From IMG/VR virus record IMGVR_UViG_3300020220_004906, positions 1 through 64,000 of that record: a stretch of DNA of 64,000 nt. One strand, written 5' to 3'. Shown piece by piece: positions 37,809 through 48,166 of the stretch; the first letter of the stretch is position 1; every line of letters starts with the position of its first letter. The notes beneath the pieces are model-generated. The model was given only the letters and a program-made list of their open reading frames with translations. It was not told the origin of the DNA and ran no database searches. The translations under genes and the position numbers were made by a program. The stretch is from a virus.

Positions 37809-38408
37809 ATGTCACAAAAAATTATTTACAATTTAACCTATATGCCTCCTGGACACACAGGACATCTATGCCCAACCGAGCATGTGGTCAATGCATGGAA
37901 ACATTTTTACAATTCATTTCCATTTACCAACGTATTGGAATTTGGATTCAATACCGGTTGGAGCAGTGCCTTGTTGATGACTATGTTTCCATCAGTAAAG
38001 ATCACCAGCATCGAGATAATAGAAATAGACAGCTCCAGGAAGGGTGCGGAAATCCTCAAAGAAAAATTTCCCGGCAGGCATGAAATAGTGTGGGGTGACA
38101 GTCAGAAAGTGGCTATGGAGGTCATGCTAGGCAGCAGGTCGTTGCCGATATCAGGGTATGACTTGGCATTCATCGACGGGGGACATTGGCCAGAGATAGT
38201 GCAGAGGGATATAGAGCTGTCCCTGCATCTCGGCATAAAGAATTTCGTATTCGATGATGGAAACCATCCCCATATCAAACCCGGCATAGAAAAATTTAAA
38301 AATCTTAAATTCGTTCAAAAGCGAACATACTTTGATACGAGGTACAAAGCCAATTACTATAAATTTAAAACGAGAGAAATTGATCTATGCCATTATCAAG
38401 TACATTGA
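37809..38408 (+). CDS. Class I SAM methyltransferase (Methyltransf_24-like)
   Basis: VLEFGFNTGWS, GDS, DLAFIDGGH, FDD. Confidence 0.8.
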   Translation: MSQKIIYNLTYMPPGHTGHLCPTEHVVNAWKHFYNSFPFTNVLEFGFNTGWSSALLMTMFPSVKITSIEIIEIDSSRKGAEILKEKFPGRHEIVWGDSQKVAMEVMLGSRSLPISGYDLAFIDGGHWPEIVQRDIELSLHLGIKNFVFDDGNHPHIKPGIEKFKNLKFVQKRTYFDTRYKANYYKFKTREIDLCHYQVH

Positions 38409-40124
38409 TCACAACATCTCATACTTTTTGATCCAATCTTGCATGACCCAGGCTGGAACCAGAGCTTTGCTTGCCTTTTGGCTTACCGTTATCCTATCCA
38501 GTCTTGATTTCTCTCCGACACAGCTAGTATAAAACTTTTTTAAATTGTTATCAATGCCCATGGCCAGCCACTGTCCGATTGGCACAGTCCAACCTGTCTT
38601 TTGTTTCGTAATTATTGCATCTGGCAGTAATCCTTTGTAGGCAATTTTGGTCAATAACTTTGTCTCGTGTTTATTTTTTCCTATCTTGTGACTGGTTGGT
38701 ATGTCCAGGCAATATTGCATGAACATTTTTGTGGTCAAAGGAAATCTCCCCTCCATGCCAAACGCCATGCCGTATTTGTCGTTCCTAGAGAAGAATTCAT
38801 TTGGTGCTTGTGCCACACAATCAAGGGCCATATAAGATGCTACGGGATCCACAGGATTCCATAAGGTGTCAGGATACAACTTTATTAACTCTTCTCTCAA
38901 CACCGCGGCCGGCAGAGTCGGCACTCCCACCACTAGTGGTCTTTTTATTCTTTGTAACCATTTGTCTATTATGTCTCCCCATGAACGGAACTTTTCATCT
39001 TTCATTTTCCAATACTTGGGATATCCTCCCAGTATCTCATCGCCCATGTCTCCCGCCATGGTTATGACGGTGCCGGCCTCCGACAATTTGCGATTGGTAT
39101 GATAATACATGCTCATGCTGGGGTTGTAGACAGGTTGTTCCATGTAGTAGATGCTGTCTTTCCATGCCGCGATGACATCGTTGGGTGTGATAATAACTTC
39201 GGTGTGATTGAATTTTTCTTGCACAGCTAAAATTTTTGCACAGGCGGCATCACTGTTGTAATCTTCATCGGTCACGACATTGGGCTGCATTTTATTAGTG
39301 AATGTGTTCACAGCTCCATGTATCTTCATCATCTCATATGCTACCACGCTGCTATCCAACCCACCGCTGAGGAATACCCCCATCTGTCTTCGTCCTATGC
39401 TTGACATCTGCACAGTCTTTCTCACACGATCTCTGAACTCCGCGGGATCAAAGGATCGATTAGATCTTGGAGTGATGTAAATTCTTTCTGATGATTTTAT
39501 TCTTTTTCTTGCACAGTCATATGTGATTGTTTCTCCCGGCATCAGTTGTTTTATGTTGGAGAAGAATGTGTTCCTGGTGGCATTGATGCCGGTGAGGCTC
39601 ATGCAGCTGATCGCCAACTGATCTATCTTCCTGGAGTTGGGCACCTGATCCAGCATGCCTTTTATTTCTGAACCAAATATTAATCCCTCCGCGGTTTCAG
39701 CATAGTATAGAGGTTTGATGCCAGCATGATCTCTACTCAATATCAGTTGCTTTGACTGGGTGTTGTAATAGGCAAAGGCATGCATGCTGTCAATCTCTTC
39801 AACAAATTTTTCACCATGGTGATCCAATCCCCATGCTAACAATTCTGTATCACATGTGGTACGGGGTTTAAAAGCTGTGTATTTTTTTATCAAATCAAAA
39901 TAATTAAAAATCTCTCCATTATATATTAATATGTTGCCTCTCTCAGTGTGCCATGGCTGATGCGACACTTGTGGCTGATCGGTTATGCTTAAAAGATTAT
40001 GTCCTAGAGTGACAGAATCATCATTCCAAATATCCTGTCCATCTGGTCCTCGATGTTCGCAGATTTTTATATACTTTTCTATAAAGTCTCTATCTCGTTT
40101 GGTTATGCCATATATGCCACACAT
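38409..40124 (-). CDS. asnB: Asparagine synthase (glutamine-hydrolysing)-like amidotransferase
   Basis: MCGI, HRGPD, NGEIFN, RD..GIKPLYY, LSGGLDSS, GDMGDE..GGY, E.RFP. Confidence 0.9.
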   Translation of the reverse strand: MCGIYGITKRDRDFIEKYIKICEHRGPDGQDIWNDDSVTLGHNLLSITDQPQVSHQPWHTERGNILIYNGEIFNYFDLIKKYTAFKPRTTCDTELLAWGLDHHGEKFVEEIDSMHAFAYYNTQSKQLILSRDHAGIKPLYYAETAEGLIFGSEIKGMLDQVPNSRKIDQLAISCMSLTGINATRNTFFSNIKQLMPGETITYDCARKRIKSSERIYITPRSNRSFDPAEFRDRVRKTVQMSSIGRRQMGVFLSGGLDSSVVAYEMMKIHGAVNTFTNKMQPNVVTDEDYNSDAACAKILAVQEKFNHTEVIITPNDVIAAWKDSIYYMEQPVYNPSMSMYYHTNRKLSEAGTVITMAGDMGDEILGGYPKYWKMKDEKFRSWGDIIDKWLQRIKRPLVVGVPTLPAAVLREELIKLYPDTLWNPVDPVASYMALDCVAQAPNEFFSRNDKYGMAFGMEGRFPLTTKMFMQYCLDIPTSHKIGKNKHETKLLTKIAYKGLLPDAIITKQKTGWTVPIGQWLAMGIDNNLKKFYTSCVGEKSRLDRITVSQKASKALVPAWVMQDWIKKYEML

Positions 40125-40125
40125 G

Positions 40126-41109
40126 CTATAATCCTAATCTATGTTTAAATCTACGAAACACTGTGCCATTAGATATCTCTTCCGTGGTCCACATTTTATA
40201 TCCTATGTCATTTAACCATTGTGACCTATCAGGCAATACTGGTGATTCTATTTTGGTCAAGTCTTGGTTTGCCACAGGCCAGCATATTGCCAAATCTGAC
40301 GTGCAGAAAGTAGGTATGCCTCTCACACAACTGTCTGTGCTAGCGGTGGAGTTGTGGGTGACCACAGCATGACAATTGGCAATCGCTTCTTGAAAATTAA
40401 ATCTATAGAATTTTTTATTATCTCCCGTAAAAAACTTAGGGCCTATAACTAATTCCACGTCCCCGGGAAATTCTTTTGCCCTGTCTGCTATCGCTGCCAT
40501 ATGATTAGGATGAGGCCTCACTAAAAATTTCCTGTGAGTCAATTTCCTCAGTGTGTCATAGACTCCATTGAACCAATCGATCGGATCTAGCTCGTTCATG
40601 CTCCAGTTATCTTTGGGTTGTAGAACAAACAGTATCGGATCTTCGGGATTGGACTTCCTCCAGGGATCATTTTTAATATTCCATAAACTTTTCATCATTT
40701 CCCAACGATCTGGTGGAGAGTTGTCTGATAGGAAGTCGCCATTGTTCATGGGAGAATATAGAGCCACTCTCCAATGGTGATGAGGATGATCCACTGTGTT
40801 TCCAAAACTGCTCAGCAAACCACCATCAAATGTAATAATATAGATGCCTTTCTTTTTGGCACGTTCCACAAGGTCCCTCCTTCTGCCCTTGGTGTGATGT
40901 ATCTGTTTGTCACCACCATACCCAAACATGCAACCAATTGGAGCAGTGGGTTCCATCTCGTCTTGGCGCCAATTTCCTGTGAGATTTTCGTTCACAATCA
41001 CGGGTTCGTCGCCGGATTTTTTTATACCCTCGGCCATGTGTTGCAATAATTCCCAGCTGGCTCCTCGACGTCTATCTTTCACTGTTCTTCTAAATATTTC
41101 AACTTTCAT
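40126..41109 (-). CDS. KpsS-like putative glycosyltransferase
   Basis: LQ...NWS, VRPHP, VVTHNSTAS..S..RGIP, R.QWL. Confidence 0.6.
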   Translation of the reverse strand: MKVEIFRRTVKDRRRGASWELLQHMAEGIKKSGDEPVIVNENLTGNWRQDEMEPTAPIGCMFGYGGDKQIHHTKGRRRDLVERAKKKGIYIITFDGGLLSSFGNTVDHPHHHWRVALYSPMNNGDFLSDNSPPDRWEMMKSLWNIKNDPWRKSNPEDPILFVLQPKDNWSMNELDPIDWFNGVYDTLRKLTHRKFLVRPHPNHMAAIADRAKEFPGDVELVIGPKFFTGDNKKFYRFNFQEAIANCHAVVTHNSTASTDSCVRGIPTFCTSDLAICWPVANQDLTKIESPVLPDRSQWLNDIGYKMWTTEEISNGTVFRRFKHRLGL

Positions 41110-41914
41110 CTAATATGCTCCATGCGTACCCATTTTGAATTTCTTCTTTTGTAAATTGTCCGTATGCCAAAGAATGATAGCAGGGCTCTCTATCCGCATA
41201 CCTGGGCGTTTCTATCTTTGAGAAATCTAATTCTGCTATAGGAGCACATGAGTTCATTATGTCCGTAAACACGGGCACGCCTCTCGCTGTGGCTTCTATG
41301 GTTATGTTACTGTTAAATGCCACAATGGCATAAGTGTCATTCCAATCGATTGGTGTGGCAGTGTCCTCATTGTCGTTTGGGCCAGGCATCAGTCGACCGA
41401 ACTCATCTATTTTGCTATCGGGATTATATCCTTTATTTCTCACAACTATGTCTCGATCTGTATTAGCTCTTAAAATTTCTAAAGTTTTAGATAGCCAACC
41501 TTCCTGTTCGAACATGACCGCTATGCTGTGCGTGGGAGGGCATACTACAATTTTTTTTCCATTCTTCTTCCATGGTTCGATCTTAAATGGGAAATATTTT
41601 TGAAAACGATCATCAGGCCTAGATTCTAAATAATTTTTTGCGTGATGGTTCTTGGTTATCCTCATGAGGTAAGGTTCGCTTCGGCTCATCCCCCAATAAG
41701 GTCGGTCAATGAAATAGAAATCTATCTTGTTTTTGATAGCCCAATGATATACCATGTTGGTACCCCTTAATATACCCATCAATATGACCTTGTCGGCATC
41801 TCTCTGCCGAAGTACTTGATCATATGGTAAAATTTTTGATCCTGGTAAACCCTGTTGGGCCCAACTTATGTATTTCTCTGTAGTGGGTCTATCAGTCTTG
41901 CTCAGATATATCAT
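41099..41914 (-). CDS. KpsS-like putative glycosyltransferase
   Basis: ID.PY, VVCPP, T.R.I.VR.K, FNSNI..EA...GVPV, LAY.QF...EI..G. Confidence 0.6.
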   Translation of the reverse strand: MIYLSKTDRPTTEKYISWAQQGLPGSKILPYDQVLRQRDADKVILMGILRGTNMVYHWAIKNKIDFYFIDRPYWGMSRSEPYLMRITKNHHAKNYLESRPDDRFQKYFPFKIEPWKKNGKKIVVCPPTHSIAVMFEQEGWLSKTLEILRANTDRDIVVRNKGYNPDSKIDEFGRLMPGPNDNEDTATPIDWNDTYAIVAFNSNITIEATARGVPVFTDIMNSCAPIAELDFSKIETPRYADREPCYHSLAYGQFTKEEIQNGYAWSILDES

Positions 41915-41929
41915 TTGTTATTAATTATT

Positions 41930-43012
41930 CTATTTTTGCACCTGATTAATCAATTCAAATAGAGCGGACGTGTTTACGGTGATGTCATTGAAATCTTTTT
42001 TTCTTTTTACTCCTTTGGGTTTATCTCCTGCTATTGTCACTTTTTCACCCAATAATACATGGTGGGATAATCCCAAATGATGGCTTAAAACAGGATAGAC
42101 TTTTTTATCTAATAATTCCTTTTGACTTATTTCTATGATTTTTGTTCCTGCCTGGCACCATAATAGATTGGCTAATCCAGCTCCGTGTGTAGATATTACA
42201 TGACTAGCTCCTGAAAAAAGTTCTATCTGTTTTTGGGTTATCATTCCAGATAGAGTAACGGTTTCCCAACCTTGCAGAGCCATGAACACTTCCTCGGCAT
42301 TAATCAATTTCCTCGCGGGGGCATCCTCCCTGCTGATAAAAATTTTTCTTGTAGGCTCTATTTTCTGGCCAAATTTATGGCGGAGCCACTTTGGCATTTC
42401 TGGCACAGTCACGCCATCCTCATGATTGCTCATGGATGGCACCAAAAGATGCGCAAATTTCCATGTTGTGTTTTTGGGCATCACGTAATATCTAAGTTCA
42501 GGAAATAATTCTCCGGCCACACGATCGAAATATTCACTGGAGTTGCTCAACACATAGATAAAATCCGTATATTTGTGGCTGAATTTTTTTTCCATCAATC
42601 TAAACTTTGATATCACGTCGATCCAGATGTGCCAGGCGTTGTTGGCGCTGAGCTCATCGATGGGCAACCACACGTATTTGTACTCTTCCTCAAATTTTTT
42701 GGCGGGAGCAGATAGAGATATATCTATGTTCTCTCCCCATGCACTCCATAGCCCATGTGTCTTCTTTGGTTTGTATTTTGTATTATGCAATAGGGGCCAT
42801 ATGTGTGAGGTAATGAGATGATTTTCATTTGTTATCAACAAGGGTAAACTGTGTGTTGTACAGTCATGGAACTCAGCCATAAACGTGGGATTGGTGATAA
42901 AAGTTTTTCGAGGAGCATCAATATGATAATCAACGGTGTATTGATATGGTGCATCTAGTATATCAAACCGTTCTATGAAGTATTGTATAGCTGATATATT
43001 TTTTACAATCAT
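41930..43012 (-). CDS. Glycosyltransferase family 61 (DUF563)
   Basis: N.WH...D, IFISR.DA..R.L.N..E, QI.LF..A..VI..HGAGLAN. Confidence 0.85.
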   Translation of the reverse strand: MIVKNISAIQYFIERFDILDAPYQYTVDYHIDAPRKTFITNPTFMAEFHDCTTHSLPLLITNENHLITSHIWPLLHNTKYKPKKTHGLWSAWGENIDISLSAPAKKFEEEYKYVWLPIDELSANNAWHIWIDVISKFRLMEKKFSHKYTDFIYVLSNSSEYFDRVAGELFPELRYYVMPKNTTWKFAHLLVPSMSNHEDGVTVPEMPKWLRHKFGQKIEPTRKIFISREDAPARKLINAEEVFMALQGWETVTLSGMITQKQIELFSGASHVISTHGAGLANLLWCQAGTKIIEISQKELLDKKVYPVLSHHLGLSHHVLLGEKVTIAGDKPKGVKRKKDFNDITVNTSALFELINQVQK

Positions 43013-43046
43013 TGTTTTTTCTATAATTATACTATATTATACATGA

Positions 43047-43712
43047 ATGTCCAAATTGTTTTCCAATGGTTGTAGTTTCTTATGCAGGAGGCCCAAAGAC
43101 AATGTTGATACGTTTGTTGCAGAAGAATTAGCCCAACATTACAATTTGCAATTAACGAATCTGGCCATGGGTGGGCGGGGCAATGATCGTATCAGTTTTA
43201 CCACCAAGGTTTGGTTTGAGCAGAATGGCACCAAGGATGTATTTGCCATTATAGGATGGAGCAGTATGCATAGGAATGACTACGTAACCAATGATGGTTG
43301 GAAGGCAGGAAGAGTCAAAGGATCGGAGCTGACGTGGCGCACCTGGAAAACGCTGGATAATGTCAGCTTCCTGATAAAGAATACTGGCTGGGATATAGAT
43401 AACAATGCAATCATGAACTTTTTAGACAATGTGTTCGACATCCAAAATTATTTTGAAAGAAAAAATATACCCTATGTGATGTACAATGCAATGCCAAATA
43501 GCTTTGACACCGATGTATCTGATTTCAAAATCATACGAGATTCCATCAATATGCGAAGATTTTTCTCTCCGCAGATATCACACTTTGAATATGTGGTTGA
43601 AAAAAATTTGTTTGTAAGTCCACAAGATCCCCACCCCAGCACAGAGGGACACCGACAATGGGCAAAACTTTTACAAGAATTTATAGATGCTAACAATTTA
43701 CGCACCATCTGA
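43047..43712 (+). CDS. SGNH-like hypothetical protein
   Basis: NGCSF, NLAMGG.GN, IGWS...R, DPHPS.EGH. Confidence 0.65.
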   Translation: MSKLFSNGCSFLCRRPKDNVDTFVAEELAQHYNLQLTNLAMGGRGNDRISFTTKVWFEQNGTKDVFAIIGWSSMHRNDYVTNDGWKAGRVKGSELTWRTWKTLDNVSFLIKNTGWDIDNNAIMNFLDNVFDIQNYFERKNIPYVMYNAMPNSFDTDVSDFKIIRDSINMRRFFSPQISHFEYVVEKNLFVSPQDPHPSTEGHRQWAKLLQEFIDANNLRTI

Positions 43713-44499
43713 TAGTCCCAAGAGTAAATGCTGGGAAGTGTTTAAAGGAATACAAAGAACCTGGCCCGAGAAAACAGAAATAAAAAATAATCTGGACACA
43801 GATGCTAAATCTCCTGCTATGTTTTGGGGATTTATTAATAACAATATTAATCTTGTGCATCAATTAGAGCAACAGCGATCTGAGTATTGGTACACAGACA
43901 CACCTTATTTTGGGAGATTTAACAATTCAAACTTAAAGAATGATAATCACTACTGGAGAATTTGTAAGAATCAGATACATGCTAAATTTATAAGAGATTG
44001 TCCTTCGGATAGGTTTGATAAATTTAACTTACCAATAAAAACAAGAAATAAAAATCAAGGAGAATATATTCTTATCTGCCCCAGCAGTCTAGGTATACAC
44101 AAATATCTTAAAAAAACCAATTGGACCAACAACACTGTCAATGAGATAAAAAAATATACCGATCGACCCATTAAGATAAGAGAAAAACCCCGGAAGGCCG
44201 GAACGTCTGGTCCTAGTGTGGCTGCAGTATCTTTGGAGCATGATCTGCGCAATGCTTGGGCTTGCGTGACCAGTTGCAGTATCAGCGCAGTTGAGGCAGC
44301 GTTGGAAGGGGTTCCGATATTCAGTGATACAAAGAGTTTTGCTTGGATCATGTCATCGCCGGGACTGTCGGAAATAGAAGATCCTTTTTACACTGATCCA
44401 TCTAAATGGCTGTATTCCTTGGCTTATCAACAGTTTACGCCCGAGGAATTTGAAAATGGTATGGCAGTCAGCATATTAAAAAACTTAAATATTTTATAA
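43687..44499 (+). CDS. KpsS-like putative glycosyltransferase (paralogue of 41099-41914)
   Basis: D.PYF, ILICPSS, TDRPI..R.KP, S.SAVEA...GVP, LAYQQF...E...G. Confidence 0.6.
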   Translation: MLTIYAPSDSPKSKCWEVFKGIQRTWPEKTEIKNNLDTDAKSPAMFWGFINNNINLVHQLEQQRSEYWYTDTPYFGRFNNSNLKNDNHYWRICKNQIHAKFIRDCPSDRFDKFNLPIKTRNKNQGEYILICPSSLGIHKYLKKTNWTNNTVNEIKKYTDRPIKIREKPRKAGTSGPSVAAVSLEHDLRNAWACVTSCSISAVEAALEGVPIFSDTKSFAWIMSSPGLSEIEDPFYTDPSKWLYSLAYQQFTPEEFENGMAVSILKNLNIL

Positions 44500-45194
44500 T
44501 GAAAAATTGTGTGGTACAATTCTTTATGGAGACTAAGACGTTCTCCAATCCTGATTTTGTAAATATAAAAGTAAATCAAGAACTTTTACAATATTCAAAA
44601 AAGTCTGCCAAAATTTATGCAGACAAATGTAAAGTTGATTATATTTTAATTTCAACGCCAAGAATAAATCACGTACATCCAACATTCGAACGATTTGATT
44701 TATTTTTAAATAATGATTGGTGGGAAGAATACGATCAAATTTTATATTTAGACACCGATGTGATTTGTTGGCCAACTGCACCCAATATTTTTGAAATGTA
44801 TCCTAGAAATAATACTTTCAAGCCTTGTGTAGATAAAAGAGCTTTAAAGAGATCAATCGATTGGCATGAGGAAAGCGAAAAAAATAGCATACTAAAAGTT
44901 TTTGAGCCAAAAGTACTTAGGAATGAAAGATTTAATGCAGGGGTGTTCATGTTAAATGAGTATTCTGCCAAAACCATTGCGCCTTTCTTAAAATTTAAAG
45001 AATATCCAGACGACGATAACAAGATTTTAGTGTACGCAACCTTAAAAAGTCAAGTTGTTGTTGAAAAAATGGATTATAGGTTTAATAAAAAAAATGGTGG
45101 TCCAAAGTGTTGGTTTGGGCACGGTTATGGGCAAAAAAAATACCTGCCAGGTAATAAAATATTAGTAGAGTCCAATAAAATATTCAAAGATTAA
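44499..45194 (+). CDS. GT-A glycosyltransferase (GT8/GT34-like)
   Basis: YDQILYLDTD, PNIF, FNAGV. Confidence 0.7.
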   Translation: MKNCVVQFFMETKTFSNPDFVNIKVNQELLQYSKKSAKIYADKCKVDYILISTPRINHVHPTFERFDLFLNNDWWEEYDQILYLDTDVICWPTAPNIFEMYPRNNTFKPCVDKRALKRSIDWHEESEKNSILKVFEPKVLRNERFNAGVFMLNEYSAKTIAPFLKFKEYPDDDNKILVYATLKSQVVVEKMDYRFNKKNGGPKCWFGHGYGQKKYLPGNKILVESNKIFKD

Positions 45195-45643
45195 TAGAAA
45201 AACTTTTTTATCTTTTTGTTGGTGATATCGTCAAAATAAATTTCGCAAAAGGGCCTTTGCGGCAACTGGTGCTTTCTAGCAAGCACGTTGAAAGTTTTGT
45301 CAGTTTCTATTATTAAAATTGTGTTGCTGCAGTAGTTTAATATTTTTTTATCAGTTCCATTTGCAAGCTCTATTTCTCCCCCCTTGCTCCTATCTGTGCG
45401 TTGTTGGAAAAACCAATAGCCGATATATCCGTTGATCTTTTTTGGAGTCAACATGCTGGTGAAATCATCGTGAAAGTATACTTCGACTTTCATCTCATCG
45501 GTGAATTTTCTCCAATGTTCATGCCCTATGTTATTCCATTGCTCATACAACTTGTCGTAGATGTTTCTTGATACTAGAGCACCGGAGTAAACATGGCATA
45601 TGGGTTTTCTATGACAATTGATATTGGCTATGGACCAGCTCAC
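45191..45643 (-). CDS. Hypothetical protein
   Basis: 150 aa, coupled to the upstream GT. Confidence 0.6.
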   Translation of the reverse strand: MSWSIANINCHRKPICHVYSGALVSRNIYDKLYEQWNNIGHEHWRKFTDEMKVEVYFHDDFTSMLTPKKINGYIGYWFFQQRTDRSKGGEIELANGTDKKILNYCSNTILIIETDKTFNVLARKHQLPQRPFCEIYFDDITNKKIKKFFY

Positions 45644-46314
45644 GACGAAAAAAGATTTATAAGTTCTTTCTTCCAGACATCACCATATTCGCAGTTCCTA
45701 TAATTTTCAAACCACGGACCACCTTCGGTGTAATGTAGGATCTTTGGATGCCCGTCTCTGGGTTCCTTGTACCAGCCCACAAGCCAATTGTATTCGCAAG
45801 GCATAGAGCCAATTTCAGAATCTTCTAACCAACTGAATCTGTGCAAAAATTTTCCTGTCTCTTTGTTTAATAATTCTGGAGTTAATATTTGATTTTTTGG
45901 ATGGGCACAATTCCATAACACCATTGAACTCCAGTTCTTTCGGGGATAAGCAAGTTGTAATTGCCCATCCATTTTCACACCTTCTTCTGGATTGTAATCA
46001 TGTTGTACACACACTACCGCTTTACTGTCATCGTAAAATTGTTCTAGCTCCATGGCATCTATTCGCCAGACAAAATCACAGTCACAGAATACTGCCCATC
46101 CTTGATAATTCTGCAGATATGGAATAAAAAATCTTGTGAAAGTGAATTCTGTGCTGGCCAATTTGTCGATATCTCTGGTGTAGATTCCAGACTCCCTGAG
46201 CAGTTTCATTTTTAATGGAACCACATTAACGTCCTTATTTCTCCGTTTGATCGAGTGCTCACACACCTGATATGATATGTCTTCTCGAGTATCATATCCT
46301 ACGAATATTTTCAT
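45640..46314 (-). CDS. GT-A glycosyltransferase
   Basis: KIFVGYD.RE, STEFTFTRF, FCDCD, YPRKNWSS, LHRFSW, HYTEGGPW. Confidence 0.85.
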   Translation of the reverse strand: MKIFVGYDTREDISYQVCEHSIKRRNKDVNVVPLKMKLLRESGIYTRDIDKLASTEFTFTRFFIPYLQNYQGWAVFCDCDFVWRIDAMELEQFYDDSKAVVCVQHDYNPEEGVKMDGQLQLAYPRKNWSSMVLWNCAHPKNQILTPELLNKETGKFLHRFSWLEDSEIGSMPCEYNWLVGWYKEPRDGHPKILHYTEGGPWFENYRNCEYGDVWKKELINLFSS

Positions 46315-46902
46315 CTATATCCTTTTGGTAATAATCTTATATATTTGTTGCCAATTATTTACTCTTACGATATGTTCATGTGTTAATCCTTGGTTGTAAA
46401 TGTGATTATACAATAAAGGTTTCAATCCATATTCCAATCCCTTGATAGCATTGCTCCATTTGTCTTCTATCCACCATAATCCAGTATTGTGGAACTCTGC
46501 CAATGCGGAATCCTTATGATCTCCTGTCTCCAATATGAAATAGTTTGCAAACACGGTATCACCAAATAATTCTTCCAATCTTTTTTTCCTTAATCTTTGA
46601 GCCGGTACATCAGATGTTTGTGATGTGATGGGAATAAATGTCCAACCCTCCGCATGCAGCAATTTCACCCAAGTTTGAGAGTCCGGCATGGGAGATTGCG
46701 TGGCCATCCATGCACTCTTGTTAAATTCTCTGATCAATTCGCTGCCGTTGTCTTTGTGTATGCCATATCTAACGCTCATGTCGTATTCTGTATTTGTATT
46801 TTTTAATTCTTTATATCCTTTAGAATGCATCCATTTTTTAAAATGATCCTCCCATTCTAATAGCACGCCGTCCACATCTGTCAATATTATTTTATTAAGC
46901 AT
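46315..46902 (-). CDS. HAD-family 5'(3')-deoxyribonucleotidase-like phosphatase
   Basis: DVDGVL motif I, ITS, K, WIED motif IV. Confidence 0.8.
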   Translation of the reverse strand: MLNKIILTDVDGVLLEWEDHFKKWMHSKGYKELKNTNTEYDMSVRYGIHKDNGSELIREFNKSAWMATQSPMPDSQTWVKLLHAEGWTFIPITSQTSDVPAQRLRKKRLEELFGDTVFANYFILETGDHKDSALAEFHNTGLWWIEDKWSNAIKGLEYGLKPLLYNHIYNQGLTHEHIVRVNNWQQIYKIITKRI

Positions 46903-47476
46903 GTATTTTTTTCAACATAAATGATTTGAAATTATCTTCATTTGTGATGCCTATGAATTCAAATTTATTTTTACAAACATATTCTTCTACTGCGCGATTG
47001 ACTCCAAATATCACTCCATGTTTTTTTTTCGGTTTAGTCGTCCAATCATGTCCGCATATAAATCCACCTAGTTTAATTTTTTCTCCCCATTCGATCAAAT
47101 CCTTTGATACTCCTTCATAACTGTGATCCGCATCTATGTAAATCCAGTCGAGACTGTTATTCTCAAATAATTTGCTGGCATCTACGCTAGATTCTCTGAT
47201 AATTTCCACCTCTAAATATTTTTGGAATTTTTTTCTTACATCATTATAATTTTTTTCCTGCCTTAGTGTTTCTTCTTGATTACGAAATTTTCCTGTCATG
47301 ACATCAATCCAGCTGTCAATAAGGTAAAGTTTTTTTGGTCTCACTGCCGATAATATAAGTTCTGAAAAACGCCCGTGCTCAACTCCAAGTTCGGCTCCGA
47401 TAGAATCTTTTGGCAAAAACTCTAATAGGCCCTGCCTGTCAAATGGTAAAATTTTTATGTTATCTGATAGTGGCAT
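46895..47476 (-). CDS. Class I SAM methyltransferase (Methyltransf_24-like)
   Basis: GAELGV..G.FS, LIDSW, DWIYIDADHSYE, GG.ICGHD. Confidence 0.85.
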   Translation of the reverse strand: MPLSDNIKILPFDRQGLLEFLPKDSIGAELGVEHGRFSELILSAVRPKKLYLIDSWIDVMTGKFRNQEETLRQEKNYNDVRKKFQKYLEVEIIRESSVDASKLFENNSLDWIYIDADHSYEGVSKDLIEWGEKIKLGGFICGHDWTTKPKKKHGVIFGVNRAVEEYVCKNKFEFIGITNEDNFKSFMLKKIHA

Positions 47477-47918
47477 CTTCCATACCCGCCACTCGTAGTT
47501 TGACTATGTTGGTCAATTGCCATTGTTTTTGGTCCAGTCCCTTCGTTATACCCAACCACTTGTTTCTCAGCAGAGCGAACTCATTGATTATTTTTTCCAT
47601 ATCCACGACATCTGATTCACCATCCACGTACTTGTCGGCATCTCGAGAAGTCAGTGCCCTGTTGTAGTTTTCTAGGAACTTTTTAAATGTCTTTGACCTC
47701 AATCTTCTATTTTCAATGTGTAGATACTCTAATATGGCTTCGATTTCTTGCAATTGATTGAATCTTTGCTCCACTACTCCTGGCAATGATGCTGCAGATT
47801 TTTCCAGACTGCCAAAAATATATATCTCTTTACGTGCTGTTTCCAATTCTTGCTCAAAGAACTTGATGCAGTCTGGTATTAAACTAATATCTTGGCTGAC
47901 TTTTGTATACCAACTCAT
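47460..47918 (-). CDS. uvsY: Recombination mediator UvsY-like
   Basis: Helical 152 aa; KYVDGE, KGLD.K.WQL.NI.KLR.AG; next to uvsX. Confidence 0.75.
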   Translation of the reverse strand: MSWYTKVSQDISLIPDCIKFFEQELETARKEIYIFGSLEKSAASLPGVVEQRFNQLQEIEAILEYLHIENRRLRSKTFKKFLENYNRALTSRDADKYVDGESDVVDMEKIINEFALLRNKWLGITKGLDQKQWQLTNIVKLRVAGMEDATIR

Positions 47919-48145
47919 TATTCCTCGTAGTCTTCCTCATCTTCTTCTTCGAAAACAGTTTCTATCGCTTCTTCTAACTTGTCGTCGTATTCTCCCGCTG
48001 CCTTTATCGTCTTAGTGGATATGCCCACATCAACCAACGTCTTTATAAAGTCAACAGCGCAGTCCACTTTCTGCCTGTCGGGAACGTAATGGCTGATGGA
48101 ACCCCATATCTGTTCTATGTCTTCATGCGTGAGTTCTTGCATCAA
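47918..48145 (-). CDS. Small acidic hypothetical protein
   Basis: 75 aa with acidic C-terminus. Confidence 0.65.
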   Translation of the reverse strand: MMQELTHEDIEQIWGSISHYVPDRQKVDCAVDFIKTLVDVGISTKTIKAAGEYDDKLEEAIETVFEEEDEEDYEE

Positions 48146-48166
48146 TCTTTTTTCTGCCAGAGGATT

